Shown here: positions 1 through 17,110 of the stretch, piece by piece
Numbering within the stretch: the stretch's first letter is position 1
Layout of the letters: each line of letters opens with the position of its first letter
DNA from: Adineta vaga
Lineage: Eukaryota > Animalia > Rotifera
Assembly (NCBI GenBank): GCA_021613535.1
Contig: CP075493.1
Coordinates: forward strand, 3,038,001 to 3,102,000
Direction of reading: 5' to 3'
DNA length: 64,000 nucleotides
The notes under the pieces: generated by a model
Seen by the model: the letters and a program-made list of their open reading frames with translations, nothing else
Databases searched by the model: none
Told to the model about the DNA's origin: nothing
Position numbers and translations under genes: made by a program

Positions 1-893
1 ATCAGATGAACTGACAGAAATGAATGTACTTTTACATTCAGTTGCGATAGCTTTGGCGAGATATGATTTGCCAGTACCAGGAGGCTAGATGAAAGGAAGA
101 GAGAACATGAGAGAGAGAGAGTGTGTGTGTATGCATGATTAGAAGATGATCTTACACCATAGAGAAGAATACCAGCCCATGGTTTTCGTTTGCCTATTGA
201 AGAAGAAGGAAGAGAAATAGAATGAAAATTTCTATCAGTAGAGTGGACATACCTTGGAAAAGTTGAGGAAATTTGACAGGTAAGATGACTGCTTCTTTGA
301 GAGCTTCTTTTGCCTGATCTAGACCAATAACATCAGTAAATGTAACATTTGGATCTGTAACAATAGCTCCTACAATCGACAACAAACGAAATATATATTA
401 GAGAACGAGATAATCGTCATATTCACCTTCAAATTTTTGCATCATTCTTTTTCTGTCAGGATCACCACTATCATCATCATCTTTATTGTCTTTAGAGTTT
501 CCACCATCAGCCACCGCTTTCTTCTTTCCCGATCCACCTTTGTTTAGTTCTTTGATTTCTTCTGCTCGCTTCAAATAACTGTTCACTTTTGCACGTATAT
601 TTTGTTTCATTGCTTCATTCATAGCTCCATCTATATATGCACATGTATATAAATGATTATTTTAAGAGAAGCCTATTTTCTATATTTACATTTAACAGCA
701 TGCATGAGCCATTCAGCCGCTGTCATATAATGTTGAGCAGCAACTTCATAATTATGTGCTTTGTCTTCCGCTGTTGCTTGCTCTGCACTGCGAATGCCTT
801 TCTAATAAAAGAGGATATTTGAAAATTTTATTGAATATTTATTTTCTTGAATTCTTTCCTTACTTGAATATAATCGTTGGGACCACTAGCCAT
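1..893 (-). CDS. VPS4: Vacuolar protein sorting 4 AAA ATPase, copy 1 (5' part: MIT domain and start of AAA domain; runs off the left edge)
   Basis: ATG at 893 ([10 protein letters not shown]). Spliced exons give MIT helices ([15 protein letters not shown]...[15 protein letters not shown]), then [32 protein letters not shown]|[16 protein letters not shown] (Walker A). Confidence 0.93.
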
Positions 894-1450
894 TCTGATA
901 ATATTAATAAATAAATAACTAAAAGAAAATTTCAAGAGATAAAATCATATATTTGAACATGACGAAGAAAAACTTGAATTTTTATCTGTCGTTAGATGAC
1001 GATATAATATTAAAAAAAAGAAACGAGATGTTTTTTGTTTGTTAACGTGCGTCAATCAAGTCAAAACAGAAGAAATATGGCACAGGATGATTCATATCAG
1101 CAACATCCGTCTCGTCGACTATCTGCAGTTCTTGAATAGACGAATAAAAAATCAAATTAGAAAAGACCAATTAGAAATAGTAGTTTCCATAGTATAAGTG
1201 TAGTAATAACAATAAAATATTTCATATCATCACAAATGATTTAATCTAATATCGGTCACTAGATGGCAGCACTAGTCATCTCTCACAATCATGACAGCTG
1301 ATGTTCTGTTTAATTTATCCTTTTTATTGACATAAATCTACAAGATGAATCTCATTAGAGTGATTAATTAATAAATAGACAATAAGAAAATTTATTTTCA
1401 AACTCATAGAAAAAGAAATACACATCGTTTTCATTGTATCGCACTTATTT

Positions 1451-3379
<1,929 letters not shown>

Positions 3380-4264
3380 TCTTTGTATATCTGTAAAAGA
3401 AATGAACAGTATAACATTCTATAATAGTTCAGTATTTTTTTGTCTACGAATCATCATTTGATCATACGAAATATTACGAAAACGTCCAATATAAAGAGTA
3501 TAATTTTCTATTAGTATTTACATATTACTCATACAAAATACCATCGAGAAAAACTCACCTTACACGCTTTTTTGTGAATGAGTAATGAATGAAATGTCAT
3601 TATCGACGATCGCGATCGAAAGAAAGAAGCAGTTTATACGTTAAACTCGTGTATTGACTTAAAAGCATGCGTTTTGTCATAAAAAATGAATGAAAAGTAT
3701 ACTAAACTTGACAAAAAGTACTCTTTAGAAAGCATGTGAATGACAACTATCTCACATATTTTGCTCTCTAGATCACTTGAATGAAACAGTGATTTACATT
3801 GTACTTTCTTTCAAAACTATATGTTAGTTTATTATATGATTGAATATTTTATTCATAATTAATTATAACTACATTGTAAAGATTGTTTTTCGTATATGTA
3901 AAGCAATAGTTTTCCTAATTGAGAGGATGATTACTAAAATTTGGATTCTTATTCTTTTTTGTTCATGTCGATCGACAGCGACATATGTGTGTAAATTATT
4001 CATTGGGTTAAATTTGCCTTCCAATCTACCTTTTTAAATTCATTTATTTAGATCGCTATGTATGAGGTTTCATTTTCATTCATCCGTTAGACAAAAGTAA
4101 AATATATTTTTGATTAAGTATCTTTATAAGTGAGCTGCAAATCTTGGTTTTACGGATGATATTGAAACAGTAAAATAACTGATGAGAAAATAATAAGATT
4201 TTCTTTAAGTGTCATTTGAAAGTTTTGAAAAAAAATTAAAAAATCATTTCATCTATTCTTTCAG

Positions 4265-4908
4265 ATGACGTCAGATACTCGTACTCGTACCGAGAAAGAA
4301 AAAATGCTTGCTGGTGAACTATATGATGCATATACGCCAGAATTATTACACGAACGCTTGGCATGTCGGAACTTATCCATGATTATAATTTAACGCGACC
4401 AAGTGAAGAAAAAACACGTCATGGAATCTTGAAGAAATTATTTGGATCATTCGGCTCAAATTCTATTATCGAAACACCATTTAAATGCGATTATGGTTAT
4501 AATATACATTGGGGTGAAAATTCATTTGGAAATTATAATTTAGTTATACTCGATACATGTCCAGTTTATGTTGGTAGTTATGTGTTGATGGGTCCAGATG
4601 TAAAAATCTATTCCGCGACACATCCTACTGACCCACAAGAGCGTCTTGATGGATCAGAATATGGTAAACCTATTCGTATTGGTAATAATGTTTGGATCGG
4701 TGGTAGTGTTGTTATTGTTGCCGGAGTAACCATTGGTGATAATAGTGTTATTGGTGCGGGTAGTGTTGTTGTTAAAGATATACCAGCAAATGTTGTCGCA
4801 GTTGGAAATCCTTGTAAAGCGATCAAGCAATTACATGCACCAACAAGATCACCTAAACAATTTCAACAATTAACATCTTATGATCAAGAAAATAAAGACA
4901 CTATCTAA
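4265..4908 (+). pseudogene. maa: Maltose/galactoside O-acetyltransferase (Maa/LacA hexapeptide-repeat family), intronless, with a 1-nt frameshift near 4369 (pseudogene or sequence error)
   Basis: ATG 4265 gives MTSDTRTRTEKEKMLAGELYDAYTPELLHERLACR (typical Maa N-terminus), then the frame shifts to ELIHDYN...PFKCDYGYNIHWG...GKPIRIGNNVWIGG...VTIGDNSVIGAGSVVVKDIPANVVAVGNPCK. Confidence 0.8.
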
Positions 4909-5211
4909 TTTAATGCAATGATAACGGTTATGCAATTGTTTTTGAAACCTAATGAATTTTATGAGAATAAAATATGAATTTTACCTTTTTGAATGTTGTT
5001 GCTTATATATTTTACTAAAACTTAGCACGATATTATCTAAACATGAGTCTCCCTATTAGGAATACAAGTTTTCTCTCGATTGTGAAAATTCACGAGCTAT
5101 CATTGTAATAGATAGAAGCTCGTATAGATATTTAATAAATTCATATATTTCTTAGTTTTAGATCGTTCAATTTTGTCTTTAAAGCCATTTATTTCTTTTT
5201 TACATTCTGGA

Positions 5212-7608
5212 ATGATTCGAGGTCGTTTCTGGCGTTTCATTGTCTTCTTTTTATTTCTGTACATCCTATTTGTTATCTATTCATTACACATATTCAATTC
5301 TGATTCAAATGATACTACAACAGTATCGCCGAATCCTTTACTTGGTATTAAAGAAACTGATCCAATTATTGTTCCAAAAGCAATTGATTCTGATCATGGA
5401 GAAATCAATTTATCAGATTTACAACCTGTAATGAATAAAGATGTCTTAGGCAATTATGAACCGAAAGACGTTGCAAGACCATCTGGTCCTGGGGAAAATG
5501 GTGAAGGTGTTATTTTGAAAGATGAAAAAGAAAAAGCATTAGGAGACAAATCCGTTCAAGAATATGGTTTTAATGAAGTTGCAAGTGAAAAAATATCTTT
5601 AGATAGACATGCACGTGATACACGGTAAGATTTATCGAAACAATTTTCGAATTAATTATATGAATATATTGTTTGCTAGACCGAACGAATGTAAATATTG
5701 GAATTATCCAAGTGTAGATAAATTACCAACCGCATCTGTTGTTCTGGTTTTTCATGATGAAGGTTGGTCAACGTTGGTTCGAACATTTCATTCTGTGATA
5801 AATACCAGTCCAAAAGAATTATTAAAAGATGTCATTCTTGTCGATGATTATAGCGTTGATACAGATATTACTGTTCGTTTACCTGAATATATTAAAAAAT
5901 GGAATGGTTTAGTAAAATATGTTCGAACTAAACAACGGTAATGTTTTTTTTTGTCTAAATATATATGAAAATAAATTGCTCATTGTTGTCTAGTGTGGGT
6001 CTTGTTGAAGCTCGTGTTGTTGGTGCACGTGCTGGTGAAGGTGACGTAATTGTGATATTAGATGCTCATTGTGAATGTGTAAGTTTTTTGTTTGGGTTTC
6101 TTTCGAATTTTTACTTGTTCTTTTTGTTTTAGGTAACAAATTGGTTACCACCATTACTCACTCGTATTGCATTGAATCGTAAAACATTAGCAATACCTAT
6201 TGTCGATGGTATTCAATGGGATACGCTTCAACACAATCCAGTTTATGGTGGTAATACACTCTTTCGAGGTATATGGGAATGGGGTTTTTTATACAAAGAA
6301 ACCGAAATACCTGAAAAAGAACGTAAACTAATGAAATATCAAACTGAACCTTATAAAAGTCCAACGGTATATTTTCTCATGAGATAATTTATCTGATATA
6401 GAATTATTTCAATTTAGCATGCGGGTGGTCTTCTTGCGATAGAGAAAAAATGGTTTTTTGAATTGGGTGCTTACGATCCGGACATAAAAATTTGGTAAGT
6501 TTAATATCAACTAGACAGTAAAAACATTTTCATTTTGTCAAAATACTTTTCTCTTTAGGGGTGGTATGTACTGTGATCTTTTGTTATAGTATTATGACAT
6601 TCTTCTCTTGAATTAGGTGAACAATACGAATTAAGTTTCAAAGTTTGGATGTGCGGTGGTCAAGTTGAATGGTAAGTTCGATATGAATAGATGAATTCGT
6701 TCATGTTTGATGATTTTTAGGGTAACATGCAGTCATGTTGGACATATTTATCGAGGACCACGTACACGAAGTATGCATCCTCAAGGTGCAAATCATTTTC
6801 AAAGTCATATTAATCATCTGCGCGTAGCTGAAGTATGAAATTGTACTAATTAAAATAGTTTTTGACTCCGAGAGATAATCAAATATTGTCTGATTCTCAA
6901 AATATCCATTGTTAGACACATGTTGATTAATGATAAATACTTTTTTCTTATTTTGAATCTGTACCATTCGAAAATGTTTTGTTTTCGATTAGATTTGGAT
7001 GGATGAATACAAAAAATATTATTTACATCGTCAACCAAGTCATGGTCATCTTGATATTGGTGATACAAGTGCCTATAAAGCTATACGACAACGTTTAAAT
7101 TGCTCAAGTTTTAAATGGTTTTTGGATAATGTTGCCTATGAAATGGAAGATAAATATCCTCTTCCACCGGAAAATCTTGTTTGGGGTGAAATGCGTAATG
7201 ATCAACATAATAATTTGTGTGCTGATACACTTGGAAAAGGATTTGGCGACATGATCGGTGTGTCAGGCTGTCATTCTCAGGGTGGAAATCAATTATTTCG
7301 TTTGAATGTCGAAGGTGAATGGTCAATGGATGAACGTTGTCTTGTTTCTCAAGGAAATTCAATTGTTACCAGGTAAACGAAATTTTTCTATGAAGAGATA
7401 AATGACATCATATTTGAGTAGATTTTGTGTAAATATGGGTCGATGGATTCCAAAAGGTGAATGGAAATATGATAATAAAAGTCGACAAATTCGTTCAAAA
7501 ACAGTTGATAAATGTGTAACGACTGATGGTAAAACTTTATCTCTCGAAGCATGTCAAGACGACAATTTAGCACAAAAATGGAAATGGAAAGAAGTCTATT
7601 TAGGTTAA
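5212..7608 (+). CDS. GALNT: Polypeptide N-acetylgalactosaminyltransferase (GT27) with ricin-B lectin domain
   Basis: N-terminal TM anchor; GPGENG stem; FHDEGWSTLVRT; ILVDD; LDAHCEC (DxH motif); WGGEQYELSFKVWMCGG; CSHVGHIYR; C-terminal lectin repeats (GCHSQGGNQLF, QKWKW). Multi-exon. Confidence 0.95.
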
Positions 7609-7879
7609 ATTATATGACAATGAAATCAAAGCTCAATATCCATACAACCGATCTTGAAATAAACTTTTTATATGCATATTATGTTTGTTTGTTTGTTTGT
7701 TTTTTCTAGTAATACATTAATTTATTTTGATAAACTCAATCGAATACAATTTTAATTCAATTCCAAAAGATCATTCTCTTAAAGACACAATAGAAATACT
7801 TTTTTTTCGTTTATTTTATTGTAACAAAAGAAACTGGTAATAAAAAATGAGCATACTTTTACTAAAAGGAATATCTGTA

Positions 7880-8437
7880 TTAGCTTGTTTGATTCAAACG
7901 ATCAGTACAAAGTTTTTCGATATCATCTAAACTTAATCGATCGATCACATTTTTCATTTCCTAGAAAAATAAAAACAAAACAAAAATTGAATTATATAAA
8001 AATTTGTTTTTTAGTTACGATTTGAAATGAGGTAATAAAGGCTTCACGTTCATTTGGATTATTCGTCCATTTTGAAGCAAGTAGTCGTAATTCATTTGTC
8101 AATCCATTATCGTTTGGTTTGGTTGGTGTACTTTGTGTCGAAATAATCAAATGTAATTTCGTACCATCCGTTATTTGATAATCATTAATAGATCCATCAT
8201 GTAATGGTTTACCTTTGAGAACAAGTTTTTGTTGATTTTCTGGAATATTTAATTGTTCAGCAAGACGAGATTTGATTTTCTGAATGGTATCAAAGGGTGA
8301 AACCTAAAGAGATATGTTTCATCAAAAAAAAGAAGAAAACAACAACTAAGTATTCAAAAGATGAATATCAAAACACATACATCCAGTTGGATTTCATTTG
8401 TTCCTGGACTATTGAGTTGTTTTATATAGATAAACAT
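7880..8437 (-). CDS. UBL4A: Ubiquitin-like protein 4A (Get5 homolog), 3 exons
   Basis: MFIYIKQLNS...|VSPFDTIQKIKSRLAEQLNIPENQQKLVLKGKPLHDG (UBL fold); C-terminal RLSLDDIEKLC resembles the UBL4A dimerisation motif LTLDDIERLA. Absent from the ORF track. Confidence 0.8.
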
Positions 8438-8844
8438 CTAGAAATGAGCGCATACGCGCATACATACAATTTTTTATTCAAATTTGTTCTTCTCGCGCGC
8501 GCGTACACACAGAGAAAGAAAGAGAGAGAGAGAGACGATGAAATTCAGTCTATTTTCCTTTTAAAATATAGAAATCTTTGTTAGTACATCTCACAAGCTA
8601 TTTGAAATCAAAACGCACACATTGCTTGATTCAATTATGAAGAAAATAAACAAGTAAAGAAAAGCGAGAGTGAAAAAAAAAGAAAGAATCGAAGTCATAT
8701 CAATGAATATGAAATCTTCATCTTTATAATGAAGATATGTATAAGTATAGACAATAACAAATACAAGTGAGCATAAACTATGAATTATATTTGTATACAT
8801 GTATATCTTTAATCGAAAGAAAAAAAGAACATAGGATTATCTTT

Positions 8845-10753
<1,909 letters not shown>

Positions 10754-11404
10754 GGATACGAAAAACAAAAGTTGACTAGATTATCTCTGAAACTGACGAT
10801 GATAGAATATATATTTTCGTTAAACGATATGTACTGATCGTTTTTTCTCTTTCACTCTGTCATTTATACATATATATATATATATGCACGCAGATACATA
10901 GCTGGAAAATGAACTGGATGATAGGTATCGTACACTGATAGTGCGTTAGGCACGAACGTTGTGGACACAAGTTTATATATTTTTCTTCCTTTTATTTTCA
11001 AATATTTATCATACTATGACGTGTTCTGTTCTTATCGGTCTTGCCTCATCAATGTGTAATATTTGCACTATTATGATGCCTACCTAAGAATATCATGACG
11101 CTCGATAACAGAAAAAAACACAAATACTTGTTTCAAAATCTTTAAAAGATGGATATTCATTAACTCTGACTCAGGATAGGACTCGATAACAAAATGAATG
11201 AAGGTTAATCAGCAGCAACAGAAAATAAAGAATAGCTCTTATCGGAAATATTTTGTACTTACTTTTTACTTGCTGATATCTTATTATCGGTCATTTTGAT
11301 CGAAACGTTACGGAAGAACGTCCAAAGTCTAAAAAAATCGAACAGTTAGAAACTTCGTTACACTATTATCATATAAGTTATGTGTTAAAAGAAACAATCA
11401 TCTA

Positions 11405-11440
11405 AATAATAATAATAATAACAACAACAACAACAATAAT
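11405..11440. repeat. Compound (AAT)n(AAC)n microsatellite
   Basis: aataataataataataacaacaacaacaacaataat read directly from the sequence. Confidence 0.8.
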
Positions 11441-14332
11441 ATAATAGTAAGAAACGAAAAAAAAAACAGAACAAACATTATAACGACGAATCGACTAACG
11501 AATAATCATGAGTTCTCTATTTTCAGTACTAAACTAGCCTTGGATCATCATTGAAATAAATAATTTTTAGCTCAATTTTCTTTCGGAAAATCAAAGGTTT
11601 CTAAATAATTGATATCATCTATAGAAAATATTCATTTCTAACAATTAATTACATCAGCAAGAGAAAAAACACATTGATCATACTGACAGCGCTGTTTTTG
11701 TATTTGTCATTTCTGACCAATCATAATAAGCCATCAGCAATTATTACTAATACTAGTCAATTCTAATTGACTCTACCAACCATCATCAGCATGATACTGA
11801 ACATGATAGATAAATGTCTTTTATTTTTAGGATAATTTCAATCATAAGATCTTTTTTTTTATAAAGAGTGTATATGAATACTACGAATTTAAATGATTGT
11901 GCAGTAGACAGCATAAATGTCAGAAGTAATTCGGAAATTCTCTTCAAGTGAAAGTCTTAAACCATCAAATCCCAAAAGGATATATATCAAATTTAATCGA
12001 TGGAATTTTCAAATCAATAAACTATATTAGTCAAAGAGAAATTAGAATAGATATATATGTCAAAATATCCTTAGGCAACCACGCCTTTATCATCATAAAA
12101 TCTCCATCTTACATTTAAATCTCAATGATTTTTCTTTCACTTCTTAAATGCCATTAGATGAACTATAACACATTCAATTTTGATCTTAGTAAGAAATAAA
12201 ATAAGGCATTTTCAATCATGACAACATTGTCGAGTACACATTTGGTAATATTTTAAAGAATAGGATTTATCTTCAAACCAGCCAAAAGAAATTCGAATAT
12301 AATAATAAATTATAGATTGAGATTCGATTAGTTTAATATATCAAGCGGAAACTATGAAACTTTTTACTAGACTAATTACTTTGAAGAGCATTTTTCAAGT
12401 TTATTCGTAAACAGTAAGTATTTCTTTTCTTACACATAGGAGAAGAAAAAAAAAGGTTTCCGAACGATAAAATGCAATTCATTATGAAATTATACGAACA
12501 TCCTGTATTACATTCATTTTAAAACAAAAAAAGTCTTTTCTATTAACGTTGTCTGAACATATCAAAGTGTTCAATCAATATTATTTTTTCTTTGTTAGTT
12601 ATTGTAAAGATATGCTTGTATCAAAATCAGTTTGATAAATAAACAAAAGCATGATAGATGATATTAAGTTTATCTGTTTGTTTCGATCTTCTCATCGAAT
12701 AAGAGAAGAAAAATGAACATTGTCCTATCAGATGAAATAATCTGTTAAGATACATTTCACCTATTCAAATCTTTCACGCTGACACTAAGTAACATTTTCT
12801 CATTTGTCAAGCATCGAAGTTATTTTTGAAGAGCTCTTCTTTCTCTTCTCTATCAGATAAAAGAAAAGCTAATTAATTTTTTAATTTTCTATTCCCATCT
12901 GCTTTTTATTTCGATGTCCATTTCGATACTATCTTAGAGGTAATATCATATAAAGAAATCTTGTCGCATAAAAGCTAATTGCATCTGACAGTACGAGTAA
13001 CAGCATTCATTCATTTATGTATATAAGGAAACGCCCTATTCAATCTGTGTCTGTTTCTGACAATGTATTGAATATCGCTCGACAGATCAACGAATGTCTG
13101 CCGCTTGTCAACTGTTTATTATGGTTTCCCGCATCGATTTATCGTTTATTTTTTTTCTTCTTCTTCTACAGTTATTTCAAAGTGCCATACATAGACATCA
13201 TAAGAATGTATCAAGATCAAAGTCTACACCTTATGATGAATAAAATCTAAATCGTCATCTCAATGGATATGTCTCATTCATCAAAAAAATCATACATGTT
13301 GTCATCTCTTCTTAATAACTATCATGTCCATTTGAAATATCAATTTAGTGCGGCTCCATTTGCTTTCTATATGTGCGATGTTAATCAATGTAGACTCTTC
13401 ATACATACATACGTACATATATGTATGTACTTTGGCGATTAACAATCAACAAAGAAGTAAAGCTCTTTTTCTCTCTTCTTTGTTGACGCAAGCTCATAGA
13501 AGCGGCACAAACGGGTGAGATATGTAAACATTACCGACTTTATGCAATGAACATTCATCTTCTTAACGCGTAGAAAATTTAAACATTGACCGAAAGACGT
13601 TTGTTTAAGGATATTTCGATTGAAATTTGATACTAAAAATTCATGTTTTCTCTTCATTAGTCATTCAAATACGAGTGAATAAAGTTCATTAGAGATGACA
13701 AAAATTCATCTGATAAGAGGAAACACATTTCAATCCTAACTTCTATTAATCCAATATGAAACCATACTTCTTCTTAATCAAATCATTCAGATAGAAGAAG
13801 AAAAATCTATATATGTATATGAATGACCGGCAAGGTATTAGCGGCAAGAAACAAGAGAGAAGAAAAAGCTCATTATTATTACTTTCTCTTCAACAGAGGG
13901 GTCAAATATCCGGTGATTGTTGTAATGCAAACATCACCGAGACATGTTCGAAACAATCAGGCAACAAAATAGTATGACATCGAGCTTGCTGCTTATTTTT
14001 CATCTTTATTAAACACACATACACACACACAAGCACACATATTTCATTTAACAAGGAAAAAAATAAGAAACGTCGTTGAGATATGAAACAAAAAAGAAAA
14101 GAAAGAGAGAGAGAGAGGAAAAGAAAGCAAATAGAGAGACAACAACGAATGTTTATCTCGACAAAATGATCAACAGACATCCAGCCACATGGCAACATCA
14201 CTGGAATACTACAAAAGAAAACATAGTTTATATTGTCCAAAAATTTGAATAAACATACCTGAGAGAGTGTGTGTATAAGAAGTTGTACTATTATCACAGT
14301 CGTTTGGCATATTTGTTGAACAAGAATATGAT

Positions 14333-17110
14333 TCAAAAGTAGGCCGCCACAGATAGAAGAACATATAATGTCATCATCTGGTATTTAATATGAAGAGCTG
14401 GTTGATGAAGAAAAAAAAAGACAGTAGATAATCAAAATCGATATTGACCTATTTAGCTCAAATTATCATCATCATAGTAAAGTGGCCGCTAAGATGATTT
14501 GTTTGATGTTTTTTTCCTAAACGTCTTTCTCAATTGAATTAATTGAGTAGTTTCAGCTCTTCGCTTTTCCTCAGGGCATTTTCTGTTTCTATCTTTCGTC
14601 TCATCAATCAGATCTGAAACGGAGAAAAAGAAGAAGAAGAAGAAGAAGAAAATTGTGACAATCCTTTTCAATCCTAATCGATATCTTCTCTTTACTTCTG
14701 ATATTGACCTTGAATGAACCGAGAAAAGAAACACATTTATCATCATTATTTACCTTGTGATGATGATGATGATGATGAAGAGATAGTCATCTCTCGTAAA
14801 ACTTCCGTTGAACGATAATATTCTCGATGTGATATGGTTGTTGTTCGCGTATGTTTAGGACGCTTTCGACGTGGTATAGCTAACCGTGAAGTTCTTAATT
14901 GGATAGTTGTAGAGAATGGAATAGTTGGTGCTGTTGTCGTCGTCGTTAGTGTTGTTACTGTAGCGAATAATTGAATACTTTTTGAATGAGTTCCTAATGT
15001 ATTTGATCCTGTACATGTATATTCGCCTTGATCTTCTATGGAGAAATCTTTGACAACAAGTTCAGCCATGATATAATTTTCCATATAAGTTGAAACATAT
15101 TGATGTATATGATGATTATTAATTAATTTCACTTCATCTTTCATCCAAAAAACTTTATCTAATGGACTCATTAATACACGACATTTTAAATGAATTTCAT
15201 TTTGATTTGAATCAACAAATAAAACTTTCGAAGTTAATTCTTCATCAGTTCGAGATAGGAAAACAAGAGTAATTTCTGGTGCATATTGAATCGTTAATTG
15301 AAATGAACGTGCTACATCCGGTGGATAACCATTACTAGCAATACATTCATATCGACGACGTGTCTGTCGCGACACATTATAAAGTGTTACTTCATTTCGA
15401 TCACTGATGACTAGAAAGAAAGAAAGAAACAAAAGAAATATATAATGCACTGAACCCAATGAAATGCGAAGCCTCTACAGGGTCGAGTGGCTCAATTATC
15501 CTCTCTTTATTCGACACTATTAATATGAAGTTCGTTGTGTTGTTTTTGTTGTTCTATATGCATATAAAAATGTCCGAGAGACCTCAACTGTTCAATTAGA
15601 CATTGTTGTTTTAAGAGATTCTTCTTCTTTGTTTTACTTGAAGAAGATGTCATACTTTTAGCATTGTCTGTTTGATCATATGACAGTATACGAATTTTTG
15701 GCATTGGTTTTCCATGTGCATAACATTTAATAGTGAAATTTGAACCTGATCTAATCGGAGATGGATACGGTTCTGTTGTTAACTCATCAATAATCTTTGG
15801 TGGAACTAAAAAGAGATTGATTGTTTTGTTTTCAATGAAAGAAATTGTATTCGTCTTGATTTTCTTACCTTTTACATCTAATGTTATTGTTTTATACATT
15901 CCTGTATTGATCACACATCGATAGATACCAGCATCATCCTCATCAATATCATCAATTTGTAAATTCCATTCATCAGCATATGCATGTAATAATGATATAC
16001 GCGGATCACCATTGATTGCTCGATCTTCCATCGTAAGAATTGAGCTATTGTTTAATTTCATCCAAATAACCTGAACAATAAAAGATAGAAAATTCGTTCG
16101 TTCTCTGTCTCTATCAATAATTCATGATTACTTTAAATGGACTATTGCCATTATTATTCTTAGTATCTTGTATTGAGACGTAACATGGTAATAATGCTCG
16201 TTTACCCACAACAACAGAAATAGTTTCATGTGATTGATCAAAATTTGCTTGATCTATATGAACAAAAAAAAAAGAAAAGAAATATGAAGGACTATACAAT
16301 CTTGTATATCATGAAAAGAGCACGATATAATTATCGACATAATATGTAACCGATTAGTTCTGTCGTGGAATGTCGACAAAAAAATGATCAATGAGAAACA
16401 AAAGCAAACTTATCAAAATATTTGTTCATTCACTAGATAACCAATATCTATTTTTGTTCGTCTCGATGAGTATTTTATGCTTTCATCTGTTTATCTCACT
16501 GTATCGATCTCAGTTATTTTCAAATTAGTCCAAGGTTAAAATCAAGTATACTATCATTAGAAAGAAATCGGACGTTAATCATGTCTGTTCGATCGATTTC
16601 AATTGAATATCTCTTAAGCAAGACAAAGGCGTTTATTATATTCTCATCGTAGTAGGGTGTCCAAACTAGAAATTTGATGGATGAACATACTTCAGACAGA
16701 AACACTCTTTCTTTTCTCATGACAAGAACTTAATGTTTAAACATGTCGCCGGTATCACTATAACCTCTATTTCCGTCTTTTGTTAATCTATTCGAAAATA
16801 GCTCGAAGCAAAACAAGGTGAATAATGTAATCGATTATGTTTCCAAATGATGTGCATATATTTATTTAGTTATTAAATTAAAAGAAGAAAAGAAAAGAAA
16901 AACTCTCATTGCTTTGAAAGAACAAACTGGTTCCACACAGATGTACATAATGTCTACTCAATCATCATCTGGTGCATTCGAATAGAAGGGAAATTCTGAT
17001 GTAATCAGTCGAGAAAAGCGAACATTTTCGTTTCTTTTCTTTGTTTGATATTTACCTGATGTATTTGCGAATGATATTATTGAAAGAATTAAAAATAGAA
17101 ATAGTAACAT
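14333..17110 (-). CDS. Three-Ig-domain cell-surface protein (Lachesin/IgLON/DIP-like), probably GPI-anchored
   Basis: Signal-peptide exon MLLFLFLILSIISFANTS; Ig1 (GKRALLPC...WNLQIDDIDEDDAGIYRC); Ig2 (CYAHGKPMP...YECIASNG); Ig3 (DQGEYTCTGSNTLG); Thr/Ser stalk; inferred last exon LHIKYQMMTLYVLLSVAAYF*. Confidence 0.8.

Noticed and set aside
1077-1139. Short ORF MAQDDSYQQHPSRRLSAVLE between the VPS4 copies
   Set aside because: Only 20 codons, with no motif or splice support.
4608-4826. 72-aa minus-strand ORF with Thr/Pro periodicity
   Set aside because: Antisense shadow of the maa hexapeptide repeats.
10800-14300. Long non-coding stretch with several short hydrophobic ORFs
   Set aside because: The ORFs derive from low-complexity T/A and GA tracts; the region fits the Ig-gene 3' UTR and the MAPKAPK2 upstream region.
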